Shown here in pieces: positions 11,546 to 22,071 of a stretch of DNA of 36,485 nt. The notes under the pieces are model-generated. The model was not told where the DNA came from. It did no database searches and was given only the letters and a program-made list of their open reading frames with translations. A program made the position numbers and the translations under genes. The number at the start of each line of letters is the position of its first letter. Positions within the stretch are counted from its first letter, which is position 1. This stretch comes from Asterionella formosa (taxonomy: Eukaryota), in NCBI GenBank assembly GCA_002256025.1, contig NKIB01015337.1, forward strand, positions 1 to 36,485. Reading direction: 5' to 3'.

Positions 11546-13560
11546 ATGGGCCGCATTACCGTCTTTACTGAAAGTCTTTGTTCTGAATCAGACAATGTCA
11601 AGTACTTGTTGGACTGTTATGAGTTGCCTTTTGTGGAGATCAATCTATCCACTCACACTGGTAAGTTCTGGAGCCCTAGTTCTGAACTGATACAAAAAGG
11701 CAGCATATGAAAGTGATTGCATCGACTCATTCTCAGTAATGCTACTTGCCGTTAGATCGTCGAAGCGACATGATATCTCTAGTTGGAGATGTTACGACTC
11801 CTCAAATATTTTTCAACTCCAACCATGTGGCATCTAATGTCGCTACGCTGAAAATGATCTTGGAAGAATGGAACGCACAAACCATTTACAATCCGTTGCT
11901 TCGGTTTAACTCCGAGGTCGAATCGGCTCCAGATCCTACCGACGAAAAGCTTCGTTTACCTCAAGGTTCAATGTCGAACCGAAATTCATTGGTTGTCAAA
12001 TTTAGTCCAACGCTCATCACATTGCCTAATGGAACCTCAATGACGAAGGTTGCGTTGCTTCGTCACTTGCTCAAGATCCTACCTCGACACACCATTGACG
12101 ATAGTACGCAGAAACACGTTGATGCATTCAAAGGCCATGAAGCCATGACGTTGTGGAGTCAGTGGTTCCATATCTCAGCCAAGGAAGCTGCTGACTTTGG
12201 CAAGACGCTATTGGATCATGGCATTTTTCAAAGCTTGTGTTCCGATTCGACCGTGTTTCGAGATATGGCACCCTACCGACTCCAGCCCTATGAAACTCCT
12301 AACGCATTGAATACCTTCTGTCGTGCTAACCAAAAGGAAAGCGGCTCTCAAGATCCTGTCCGACTCATTGCCGACCTTTGTGATCTTATGGACGAAGTTT
12401 ACTCCGACAGCGACTCTCCACTGAACATGTTCAAAACTTATGCATACTTAAATTTTCAAGAAATGGTAGCTCAACTCCAGACTGTATCTCTTGACCGCTT
12501 GGCGCTTCCAGATCGCACAGCATGCATGCTGAATCTTTACAACTTGATGGTCCGCCACGGACTGCTGGAGTTTCAAGATTCAAACTGGGAAGAGAATATT
12601 AAGGACATCTGCTACATCATTGGTGGCCGCGAAATGAGGCTCATAGATCTCTACCAACGTCTACTGTACGAAACAACGAAGGGCGCAAAAAGTAAAAAGT
12701 GGACACGCTTCTTTACGTCCTGCCGTTCCCCGCCAGAACGCTTGGCGGTGGATCCACGGATATACTTTTGCCTTTCCTGGGGAACCAAGTCTTCCCCTCT
12801 GATTCGCACCTATCATGGAAATTTTCTCGACCAGGAGCTTCGAACTGCTGCAGAGGAATATTGTCAAGAATTCATTAGCATGGACGAGAACAAAGGAATT
12901 ATTCTGCTTCCCGCACTCTTTTCTTGGCATGCCATTGACTTTGGTGGATCTGGGTCTACTTTGATAGGACGATTGGTCCACTATCTGTCTAGTCACCAGT
13001 GTGAATCACTTCAACGCATGCATTATAAGCAAGGGGGTTCCGTGAAGGTTCAGTATTCAGAGTTTGACTGGACAAAACAGTTTGGCAATTCATACCAAAG
13101 GTCCAATCAGATCACCACGGTATCAATTAGATCAGCTCTGCTCTCTCCTCTTGAGGACAAGTTTAGCCAAGCATCAATGCAATATACTAATGATTCGACA
13201 TTGTCTCCCTTGCAACCAACAAGTGACGTGATCCACCATAGAGAGACCATGAAGGAACACCAAATAATTCCTCCTCGCAAACTCTCCCAAGCTATACATT
13301 ACTCCTCGTATAACCAATCACGACCTTCCAGTCAGTGGTCACCAGAACGCAAGTTGGTCGCCCCAAAGTGTACTCGCATCCCTGAACGTGGAATCTTCCA
13401 TTCTCCCAGCAAAATGTCCCTAACCTCATTTGATGAGGAGTCCTTGTATTTTGACTTGGTGTTACCACCAAAGCATGAATATCAAGTGAGTACTGTTTCG
13501 GCCTTAACGACTGACTGGATGGTTGATGATGACAAGTACAGACGAGGCACAAAGAAGTAG
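11546..13560 (+). CDS. Glutaredoxin-DEP-DUF547 domain protein, 639 aa, 2 exons: join(11546..11660,11756..13560)
   Basis: Grx-like N-terminus (GRITVFT...PFVEINL...TTPQIFFN) is split by a 95-nt phase-1 GT-AG intron. DEP-like segment (DAFKGHEA...EAADFGKTLLDHGIF). DUF547 motifs LNLYNLMVRHG, VDPRIYFCLSWGTKSSP, LFSWHAIDFG and YSEFDW. Confidence 0.87.
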
Positions 13561-13666
13561 TGTGCAAAGTTGGGGAGCGATGTGTATGTGTGATTTTTTA
13601 TCATCGTTGGGTGCTGGTAAAGTGGATCGTTCTTACGTTCATACTTCAGCCATACCTCACATTTAC

Positions 13667-14560
13667 TGGTACCAGGTACAAGGAACATATATCGATAAAC
13701 CTAATGGTAATGGAATGTTCATACTACTGGTACAAACATGGATACATATCAAAAATAACCAAACATGTCTATAATGTCCGTATGTACCAGGTACCACGAC
13801 AGTGATGCATCATACATAATGCAGGGATAAATTTAACTGTATTCATATTGACATTTCGCAGTTTTTTAGGACAACAACATTTGTTCTGGAGTCGTAGTGA
13901 GGCAGAAACGAATAAAATATAACCGTACGAACTGCCGGTAGAGCCATAAATAAACCTACCGGTATCATGATTACCGGTATGACAAATACCGGTAGACTCT
14001 CGACGCACATCATAGGATCAATACACCAGTACCAGTACTACCGGTAGGTGCACCATTTTTGAAATTTCAACAAAAATGTGATTCGAGGCCACGATAAATT
14101 TTGTCAAAATTTGGTTGAAAATGCCGCCAACAACAACACCCTCATCCTGGTACTACAAGGGTACCAAACATTCAGCAGGGAGTGTGACATTGACATACCA
14201 GTATCTCAACTAATACGTATGGTGCCGGGTACCTGGTACCGTACTGGAGAACATGGTACCAGGTACCTGGTGCCTGGTACATGGTATCGATGATAATTAT
14301 CCCTTACAAACCGGTACATATCTATAAATGCTCAGCACAGGTTTTGTCATACCCGTACTCCTACCTGGTACTGGTAATGCATTTTCCGTCTGTCCTTCCC
14401 CTTTGGCTTGCCTTAGATACGACATTTTTCAGAGGTCTGATCTTTTGTGGGTGGTACGCATGTTATCTCATGTATGTATACCGGTACTAGATCTCTTCCA
14501 CAGCCAAACAACTAACTGGTACCAGGTAAAGAGGACGGAGTGTACCTTGTACCAGGTACC
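13667..14560. repeat. Dense cluster of GGTACC / TACCWGG / TACCGGTA short palindromic repeats upstream of enolase
   Basis: Examples: TGGTACCAGGTAC at 13667, several TACCGGTA at 13957-14047, GGTACCTGGTACC and GGTACCAGGTACCTGG at 14228-14280, GGTACCAGGTA and GTACCAGGTACC at 14518-14560. Confidence 0.8.
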
Positions 14561-14626
14561 GATAATATTGCATACTATATCCAAGGGTCACAACATTGTA
14601 CTTTCCAACCTTAGTTCATTTCTACC

Positions 14627-16449
14627 ATGTTGACTACCCTCGCTCGTCGTTCCGCCGCCTCTGCTGCCAGCAAGCGCTCAATGAGTGCCATTACTGGTGT
14701 CCACGGCCGAGAAATCATTGACAGCCGCGGAAACCCAACCGTTGAGGTCGACATTACCACAAAGGACGGGACTTTCACTGCGAGCGTTCCTTCAGGCGCA
14801 AGTACTGGAATTTATGAGGCCGTCGAGCTTCGCGATGGAGGCAAGCGATATATGGGAAAGGGAGTTTTGAAGGCCGTGAACAACGTGAACACAATCCTCA
14901 AGGATGCTGTTATGGGCATGGATGCTGCTGACCAGCGCGCCATTGATGAGGTCATGCTCAAGGTTGATGGAACCCCGAATAAGGGAAACCTCGGAGCCAA
15001 CGCTATTCTAGGAGGTAAGTCCGCGGCTTGCTCCTTGTCTTCAGCAACTAGTCCGAACGTACGCACCGTGGTGGACCAGCAAAATCGGGCACCAACAAGG
15101 AACATGAAATCTCTTTCAGAAATTTCGTCATCAGGCCATACATCATGAGAAATGGTGCAATTGTACCGGCGCAGTGTTCGCAATTCTCGACTTGTCGTAT
15201 AACCTACAGCAATTGATACTGCACTATAGTTGCTACTGTTTTATACAGCAAACACGACAAACAGCTGCAGTTCGGCTACGGGTTTCCACATACACACATG
15301 GTGCTTTGTGACGTATTTTCATCCCCTCACTATTTGTTTATATGTTACATTTCATTTTTCTTGCAAAACATTTTGCAGTTTCCCTTGCTGCTTCCAAGGC
15401 TGGAGCCGGTGCACGTGGAATTCCTCTCTGGAAGCACTACGCCGATATTGCAGGTAACCCCATCCCAGAGACCCTCCCCGTTCCTTGCTTCAATGTTATT
15501 AACGGTGGTGAACACGCTGGTAACAAACTCCCTTTCCAAGAGTTTTTTGTTATTCCAACCGGTGCCGCCACATTTACGTAAGTTCATCTTTTATGCGTGT
15601 TGTAAGATATGCTTTCTTTGCTTCCTCCTATCATTTGCTGATTTATTTTCGTCCTCCAGTGAGGCCATGATCATTGGGTGTGAGGTTTTCCACAATCTCA
15701 AGGGTGTCATCAAGGCCAAATTCGGCGGAGATGCTACACTTATCGGAGACGAAGGTGGCTTCGCTCCTCCCTGTGATGTTTTTTCCGGCTTGGACATGAT
15801 CATGGAGGCCACTGAGAAGGCCGGATACCTCGACAAGGTTACTGTCGGTTTGGATGTTGCGTCGTCCGAGTTCAAGGTCAAAGGAAAGGATGCTTACGAC
15901 CTTGACTTCAAGGCCCCCAAGGATGAAAAGGACCCTTCGCAGATTCTTACCGGAGACCAAATGATTGCCTTATACAAGGACCTGATTTCTAAATACCCCA
16001 TCGTTACGATTGAGGATCCTTTCGACCAGGACGATTGGGAGCACTGGACAAAGATCACTGCTGCTGTTGGTGAAGCTGTCCAGATTGTCGGAGACGACTT
16101 GACTGTTACCAATCCTATCAAGATTAGACAGGCAGTGGACCAAAAGTCTGCCAACTGCCTACTCTTGAAGGTGAACCAGATTGGATCGATCTCTGAGTCC
16201 ATTGATGCAGTCAAAATGTCCAAGCAGAACGGATGGGGTGTCATGACTTCCCACAGATCGGGAGAAACTGAGGATTTTTACATTGCTGATTTGGCCGTGG
16301 GCCTTTGCACTGGACAAATTAAGACTGGAGCTCCTTGCCGTGGTGAGCGTCTTTCCAAGTACAATCAGCTCCTTCGCATTGAGGAGCAGCTTGGAGGAAG
16401 TGCCAAGTTTGCCGGTAAGGGTTTCCGCAAGCCTGCCTGGATGGCCTAA
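14627..16449 (+). CDS. ENO: Enolase with N-terminal mitochondrial presequence, 458 aa, 3 exons: join(14627..15014,15379..15577,15660..16449)
   Basis: Motifs [32 protein letters not shown] (restored by splicing), [41 protein letters not shown] and [10 protein letters not shown]. Introns are 364 and 82 nt, GT-AG. Presequence [18 protein letters not shown] is R/S/A-rich with no acidic residues. Confidence 0.97.
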
Positions 16450-16751
16450 ACAAAAGGGCTATGTGAGCATGACTTGGAATTTTACCCTCGATTGTTTATG
16501 GAAATGTACGCCCTCTTGTTTCAATCTAGGAGTATATGAGTCCAATAAATAGAGCCAACCATTTGAGTGGATCCTCCAATGTCTGTGTCGACAGAATTAC
16601 TTCCGGAAGGCACACCTTAGTGACCTTGTAACTACAAAACTAAAATGTAGGTTCGATTATGTTAATCCTGCAAATTAGGAGACTTTAATAACACAATGTT
16701 TTCGGTTTGATTATCTCATTGGTACCGGATTAGATGTGACAATTCAATAAA

Positions 16752-16826
16752 TGGCTATACGCTGTTTCAGACGTCGGAGCTTGCGGACGACATTCTGCAT
16801 GTCCAAAGGTCGTCATTCGCGTGCCA
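16752..16826 (-). promoter_or_regulatory. Candidate SECIS element in the msrB 3' UTR
   Basis: The minus strand reads UGGCACGCGA-AUGAC-GACCUUUGGACAUGC-AGAA-UGUCGUCC-GCAAGCUCCGACGUC-UGAA-ACAGCGUAUAGCCA. Helix I is UGGC/GCCA plus ACGC/GCGU, with an AUGA...GA core. Helix II is imperfect and the apical AA lies further from the core than the canonical 11-13 nt. It begins about 40 nt after the TAG stop. Confidence 0.5.
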
Positions 16827-16867
16827 AATACCTGCCAAAAGGAACGATTCCCCTTGAATCAAGCAGG

Positions 16868-17329
16868 CTAAAAGTAATTTTCATAGTAGACAATCTTGTC
16901 TTCCTTGGTGATAGAGTCTGGCAGTGGCACATCCTTGACAAAGGTTGTGCAAATACTGTTAACTCAGTGCCGCTGTCGGGTGTCAACAGCCGACGTCTCG
17001 AATACATGGCCTAAATGAGATCCACAATTGTTGCAGCAAACTTCGTTGTGCTCCCGGACGCCAACATGGGGTCTATCATCTCCTGAGTAGAAACATTTGG
17101 AGTAGGCGTCCCACGCAGAGTCGTGAAATTTGGAAGCCGAAGAGTAGAGTGGGAACTGGCAGGCACGGCATACAAAGTATCCATCGTTAGGGAAGAAGGA
17201 ACAGAATTCGCCAACGCCAGGAGATTCGGTTCCTCCACAGCGGAGCACAATGTACTCTTCCCGTGTCAGTTGCTTGCGCCACTCTGCGTCGGTCTTCTGG
17301 AATGGGTAGGACGTGGTGCTGGTGTCCAT
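16868..17329 (-). CDS. msrB: Methionine-R-sulfoxide reductase B, selenoprotein form (153 aa; Sec at residue 122, TGA at 16964-16966)
   Basis: [23 protein letters not shown], Zn-binding CRAC and CNNC, SASKF and GSHLGHVF. The frame then reads R-H-TGA-V-N-S-I-C, matching the MsrB catalytic RxCxNS motif, and stays open for 31 more sense codons to TAG at 16868-16870. Confidence 0.92.
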
Positions 17330-17644
17330 TGTTTCGCAGCCCAAAGGTTGATGTCGCAATTTCGGAGCTCGATACTGTCAACGCACGACCAATCGCTTTC
17401 GTCGCTGTCGCTGGTTGATGCACAATGATGTGCGACTGCTGGTAATATCTAAATGACCGCGAGGAGCAGATTCACGAGTTTTTGGCCCCCCACAGCACAT
17501 TTGTGTCCGAGAATCATGGCAAATTATTTTATATCCTGAGGGCGACAGAAAATAGAACTCGGACTTCGCAAGGAATGGACCTGCGCGACATCATGGCATC
17601 ATCGTCAGGATAATTCGTCAAAAGTTGCATATTTACCGCATCTG

Positions 17645-17688
17645 TGGTACCTGGTACCTGGTTACCAGGTACCAGGTACCAGGTACCA
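17645..17688. repeat. (TACCWGG)n array containing a perfect 18-bp inverted repeat
   Basis: TGGTACCTGGTACCTGGT (17645-17662), T, ACCAGGTACCAGGTACCA (17664-17681), followed by one more unit. Confidence 0.9.
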
Positions 17689-17971
17689 TCAGGTATTAGT
17701 CTGATGCACAATCAATCTTGTGTTATTGTTACTTCGCTGTGACATTTGACAGCTGACAGCTCTACATAATAGTCAAGTTGATTCCTCTTTATTTCAATAA
17801 TTACGATAGATCATTTTAGCAGCTGCGTGTTCTCAAGTGCGAGATGCAATCATGCTAATTGCTAGCTATAGTAGTCTTAAACTTGACTTTCATTACGAGA
17901 TTGTTGTTTGTTGACTGACTATAGGCGCTCCATGGCAATATTGATCGTTTTTGCGACTGATGATGAATGAT

Positions 17972-18922
17972 TCAAGAACCCCATTGAGCAAGGGCGAATC
18001 CAAAGGCTTGATATGCATTCAAAGGTGCCTTGTAATCCAGATGAAAGGTGTGAGGATCCACTTTTGCTAATTGCAAAACTGTTCGTTTCTTCTCGTCCTG
18101 CAAGATACAATTCTTCTTGGATGCGCATTTGCCTCGACCCCGACGAAAGCGTAGACCAAATGTTCGACTACCCTTGGAATATGGTGCCTTGCTTTTCAAA
18201 ACCGCAGCGCCGTCGCATGCACGTCGAATGACCATGTGTGCCTTACGAGGAAGTAAGCTCGATGGTGCAGCCAATATTTGAATAGAAGCGACCTTTTGTT
18301 GAGTCGCTTGGAATCCACGAGATTGATACAATGCGAATTCAGAATGATTCTCATCTTCATCGTATATTTCTCTACGAAGCAAAGTTCCGACACATCGGAA
18401 GTCATTGCTTCTGATTGGCTGGTTTGGAAAGCTGTTACAACCAGTCACATCAAAAATGCAGGTGGGATAGCTTTTCAACATCTGAGCAATCAATGCAGGA
18501 ACTTCCGACTCATCTCCTTGCTCTTCAGTGTTTTGAAAGGAAAGGGTGACGCGAGTTGCTCCATACTGTCGAATAATGCATTGTACAAATCCATGTGACA
18601 AGTGCTCGGCAGCAGGAGGCAACATAACAAGTGGTGGTCGATAGTAGCTACTGTCGTTAACAGTTACCTCGCATTTTCTCGCGTTGCCAGCTTTTTCTTC
18701 TATCCCCATCCTTCCAAACATGAGCAACGCTGAAAGACCTCGAACAAGTGGCGGTCGATAAAAGCTGCTGTGATTTTCAGGTTTTGAAATTAATCTGTCC
18801 TGGTCATTCTTGTCTTTTTCCCGCTTTCCAAAAATGAGCAACCACGAGAGGCAACTGTATTTCTTGTTCGTTGACGGTTCAGCATGATCAACAAAGGGAA
18901 CATAGTTTCGATGCTTTCTCAT
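17972..18922 (-). CDS. Tubby C-terminal domain protein, divergent (about 316 aa)
   Basis: C-terminus FRRGRGKCASKKNCIL...VLQLAKVDPHTFHLDYKAPLNAYQAFGFALAQW resembles the Tubby end (F.GRV..ASVKNF...LQFG.V..D.F.MDY.YP..A.QAFAIALS). The first in-frame ATG is at 18922; the ORF-track start is a GTG. Confidence 0.8.
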   Translation of the reverse strand: MRKHRNYVPFVDHAEPSTNKKYSCLSWLLIFGKREKDKNDQDRLISKPENHSSFYRPPLVRGLSALLMFGRMGIEEKAGNARKCEVTVNDSSYYRPPLVMLPPAAEHLSHGFVQCIIRQYGATRVTLSFQNTEEQGDESEVPALIAQMLKSYPTCIFDVTGCNSFPNQPIRSNDFRCVGTLLRREIYDEDENHSEFALYQSRGFQATQQKVASIQILAAPSSLLPRKAHMVIRRACDGAAVLKSKAPYSKGSRTFGLRFRRGRGKCASKKNCILQDEKKRTVLQLAKVDPHTFHLDYKAPLNAYQAFGFALAQWGS

Positions 18923-19581
18923 TTCGTCGATTGTAAGAATTATTATGTTGTGAAGTCTAAATATAATGCTTAGTAAGTGATGGAAGCTAATCAGAGAAGC
19001 CTTCACAAATCAAAAAGGAAAGGATCAAGTGTCATGCAAGACTTGACGAACTTTAACTTCAAATTGTGAACATCACATAACGGCACCCGGTAATAACTTC
19101 TTCTATTATGAAAGAAGAATTCCAACATGAGCCACCATTTCGATTCTATATATAAGTAGTAATATTCACATATACTTGAATATTTATATATTAGCCAACC
19201 AGATCGACTCCTTATAATTTATAATTAAACTTTATTCATTTATCTATATTGAGAAACGTCTAAATGCATAATTATACCGTATCGCAAATGCAGATACGGG
19301 TACAAGACGTCCCGGCGCAATCAAAACCTTAAAATTCGAGCAGCATTCAGGTAAAACTCCAGACAGATGATATTTGCAGTAGTTTTCTACATACCTGCTT
19401 GTTTATTTCAGCTGATGGCTGGTCGAGAGATATTTACGTACCAGGTACCATGCACACAAGTTTGGCCCTTCGCTTGGACAATCTGTTTGACACCACACAA
19501 ACACTCATTCAATCGTATAGCTAAGCATACTATCTTCAATAGCCACCGACTGCACTGCATTCACCTCTGTCACTAACCAGC

Positions 19582-21579
19582 ATGAGCGAAGCAACAGCAA
19601 CTCCAACGGAACACCACATTTATGAAGCGGCAAAGATCCACGCACCAAAGGTAGGGCTTTCGCTGGATCGCTACCAGATTGATCATGCGGAATCCATTGC
19701 CAATCCAGGCGCCTTTTGGGGAGCGAAAGCGAGGGAAATGCTTCACTGGTTCTCCCCCTTTGACAAGTCCATGCAAGGATCCTTCGAGCACGGAGATGTG
19801 GCCTTTTTCGCAGGGGGGAAGCTCAACGTTTGCTACAATGCCATTGATCGACACATTGATTCCGGGGCAGCCAACGACGTCGCCTTGATCTGGGAAGGAG
19901 ATGAACCCACCGACGTCAAGTCTTTCACCTATCACCAGCTGCTTCGCAAGACATGTCAGATCGCCAATGCCCTCAAAGCGCAGGGCGTCAGAAAAGGCGA
20001 CGTTGTTACCATTTACATGCCCATGATTCCAGAACTGGCCATGGCCATGTTGGCCTGCGCTCGCATTGGGGCGGTGCATTCTGTCGTTTTTGCTGGATTC
20101 AGTAGCGAAGCCTTGGCGCAACGCATCAGTGCTGCGCAGTCAAGGTTCATCCTCACGGCTGACATTGGCATGCGGGCTGGCAAGAGCATTCCGCTCAAGA
20201 GTATTGTCAACGACGCTTTGACCAAACTGGATTGCGGGGCCTTGGTACAAAGTGTGATGGTTTTCGAACGCTTCTATGATCCAGAAGCTGACGCTGCTCC
20301 GTACGTCATGGGACCAATGGACGTCCGCATGGATCCCTTGGTACATGTACAACGTCCCTACTGTCCTCCGGAATCTATGGATGCCGAGGACAGTTTTTTC
20401 CTGTTATACACGTCCGGTTCCACTGGCAAACCCAAGGGTCTCCTTCATACTACTGGAGGATATGCCTTGTATGCCATGTACACGTGTGGAATGACCTTTG
20501 ACTTGAAAAAGGGAGATGTCTTCGCGTGTGTGGCGGATTGTGGATGGATCACTGGTCATACTTATGTAGTCTATGGACCACTTTTGACCGGCGGAACGAC
20601 ATTTATGTTTGAAAGTACCCCAGTATACCCGGATCATGGACGGTATTGGGATATGATTCAGCGTCACAAGATTACGCAGTTTTATACAGCTCCTACTGCC
20701 ATTCGGCTCTTAATGCGCTATGGCGACGAGATCCTTTCAAAGTATGATACTAGCAGTCTAAAGATTCTCGGTACCGTCGGTGAACCCATCAACCCAGAAG
20801 CCTGGAGATGGTACTATGAAGTGGTGGGCGAGTCTAAGTGTACCATCGTCGATACGTACTGGCAGACGGAAACAGGCGGGCACATGATTAGCAACCTTCC
20901 TGGCGTCACCCCTATGAAACCTGGCAGTTGTACGTTGCCCTTATATGGAATCGACGCTGTTGTGTTGGACCCCATGAATGGAGATGTTTTGGAAGGTCCC
21001 CATGTAGAAGGTGTCATGGCAATTCGTCAACCTTGGCCCGGTATGGCTCGAACGTGCTTGGGCGACCATGACAGATACCTGCAAACCTATTTTCAACCAT
21101 ACCCTGGCTACTACTTTACGGGAGATTCGGTCCTTCGAGACCTTGATGGATATCACTTTATCATCGGACGTGTCGATGATGTCATTAATGTCAGTGGTCA
21201 CCGTATTGGAACGGCCGAAGTGGAAAGTGCTTTGGTAGCACACCCTGCTGTGGCACAAGCAGCGGTAGTTGGACAGCCCCACGAGATCAAAGGACAAGCC
21301 ATTTGCGGGTTTGTCATGCTAACCAATGGCTTCGAGGAGAATCCAACGTTGATCCAGGAGCTTCGTTTCATGGTGCGTAAGGAAATTGGAGGGTTCGCGA
21401 CTCCAGATGTCATTGTTGTTTCACCTAGCTTGCCGATGACTCGAAGTGGGAAGATTATGAGACGTATCTTGAGAAAGATTGTAGCTGGTGAGATTGACAG
21501 CCTAGGAGATACCAGTACATTGGCAGATCCTTCCATTGTTGATACTCTCATTGAAAAGGTTCATTCCCTTAAAAGTTGA
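19582..21579 (+). CDS. ACS: Acetyl-CoA synthetase (AMP-forming), 665 aa, no obvious targeting peptide
   Basis: GKLNVCYNAIDRH, YTSGSTGKPKG, DCGWITGHTY, GTVGEPINPEAW, DTYWQTETGG, GRVDDVINVSGHRIGTAEVESAL, PMTRSGKIMRRILRK and LGDTSTLADP. Intronless. Confidence 0.98.
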   Translation: MSEATATPTEHHIYEAAKIHAPKVGLSLDRYQIDHAESIANPGAFWGAKAREMLHWFSPFDKSMQGSFEHGDVAFFAGGKLNVCYNAIDRHIDSGAANDVALIWEGDEPTDVKSFTYHQLLRKTCQIANALKAQGVRKGDVVTIYMPMIPELAMAMLACARIGAVHSVVFAGFSSEALAQRISAAQSRFILTADIGMRAGKSIPLKSIVNDALTKLDCGALVQSVMVFERFYDPEADAAPYVMGPMDVRMDPLVHVQRPYCPPESMDAEDSFFLLYTSGSTGKPKGLLHTTGGYALYAMYTCGMTFDLKKGDVFACVADCGWITGHTYVVYGPLLTGGTTFMFESTPVYPDHGRYWDMIQRHKITQFYTAPTAIRLLMRYGDEILSKYDTSSLKILGTVGEPINPEAWRWYYEVVGESKCTIVDTYWQTETGGHMISNLPGVTPMKPGSCTLPLYGIDAVVLDPMNGDVLEGPHVEGVMAIRQPWPGMARTCLGDHDRYLQTYFQPYPGYYFTGDSVLRDLDGYHFIIGRVDDVINVSGHRIGTAEVESALVAHPAVAQAAVVGQPHEIKGQAICGFVMLTNGFEENPTLIQELRFMVRKEIGGFATPDVIVVSPSLPMTRSGKIMRRILRKIVAGEIDSLGDTSTLADPSIVDTLIEKVHSLKS

Positions 21580-22071
21580 GGATAGTCAGGAGAGAAAAAG
21601 TGGGCAAAGAAAGGATGAGTCCTAATGGTGCAATGAATTTTTATAAATTACTATTTTATATGACCAAATCTAAGTACCAGTGAAGAACTGCTGTGATCCA
21701 CAGAGTTTTCCTACTATTTGTTTGATTAGTTTGACTAAACTTATTCCATGCTTGTGGAAATCAAACTTCCAGGTCTTGCTAACGAAATGTGTCAGCAGGT
21801 TTTGGATTTGTTGATATTCTCATTGAAGGTCAAGGTGTTGAGATATGAACCCTTAAATGTGGAGTAATGGGTCACCACAGCAGTACTTAAATTTTTATCT
21901 AAAATTGTATATAATTTTATAGAGCCATTACGATCACAGATTACATTGTTTGAATTTCGCAAATGTTCTTAAGAATTTTCGCATTCAGATTTAACATGGT
22001 TTATATATCACAATTACCACACAAATATACTGGCTGGCATGGTGGCAAAGCGTTTATATTAAATCCTTGTG

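Noticed and set aside
13667..14560. CRISPR array or telomeric repeat interpretation of the GGTACC clusters
   Set aside because: No constant-length repeat/spacer structure, no cas genes, eukaryotic context, and units occur in mixed orientation at internal sites.
15298..15659. N-terminal part of the 383-aa enolase ORF (and tail of the 173-aa ORF)
   Set aside because: Intron or out-of-frame translation; the spliced model restores canonical enolase.
16670..16720. Second SECIS-like sequence (AUGA-13 nt-AAAA) on the minus strand
   Set aside because: It has a plausible stem but lacks the required GA on the 3' side (reads UUAUUAAAG).
16964..17359. ORF-track 131-aa MsrB ending at TGA, or an msrB pseudogene
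   Set aside because: The stop falls exactly on the catalytic residue and the conserved VNS motif follows in frame with no other lesions. Sec recoding explains this better. The TTG start is also not credible.
19573..21551. Antisense ORFs over ACS, and likewise over enolase, the LRR gene and the 962-aa gene
   Set aside because: Shadow ORFs caused by codon bias of the real genes.
14627..21579. Functional gene cluster of enolase, msrB, Tubby-like and ACS
   Set aside because: Mixed orientations and unrelated pathways or compartments; no sign of more than ordinary linkage.
21855..21876. Possible terminal inverted repeat of the pogo-like element
   Set aside because: No convincing reverse-complement partner found in the window; the similarity near 28929 is too weak.
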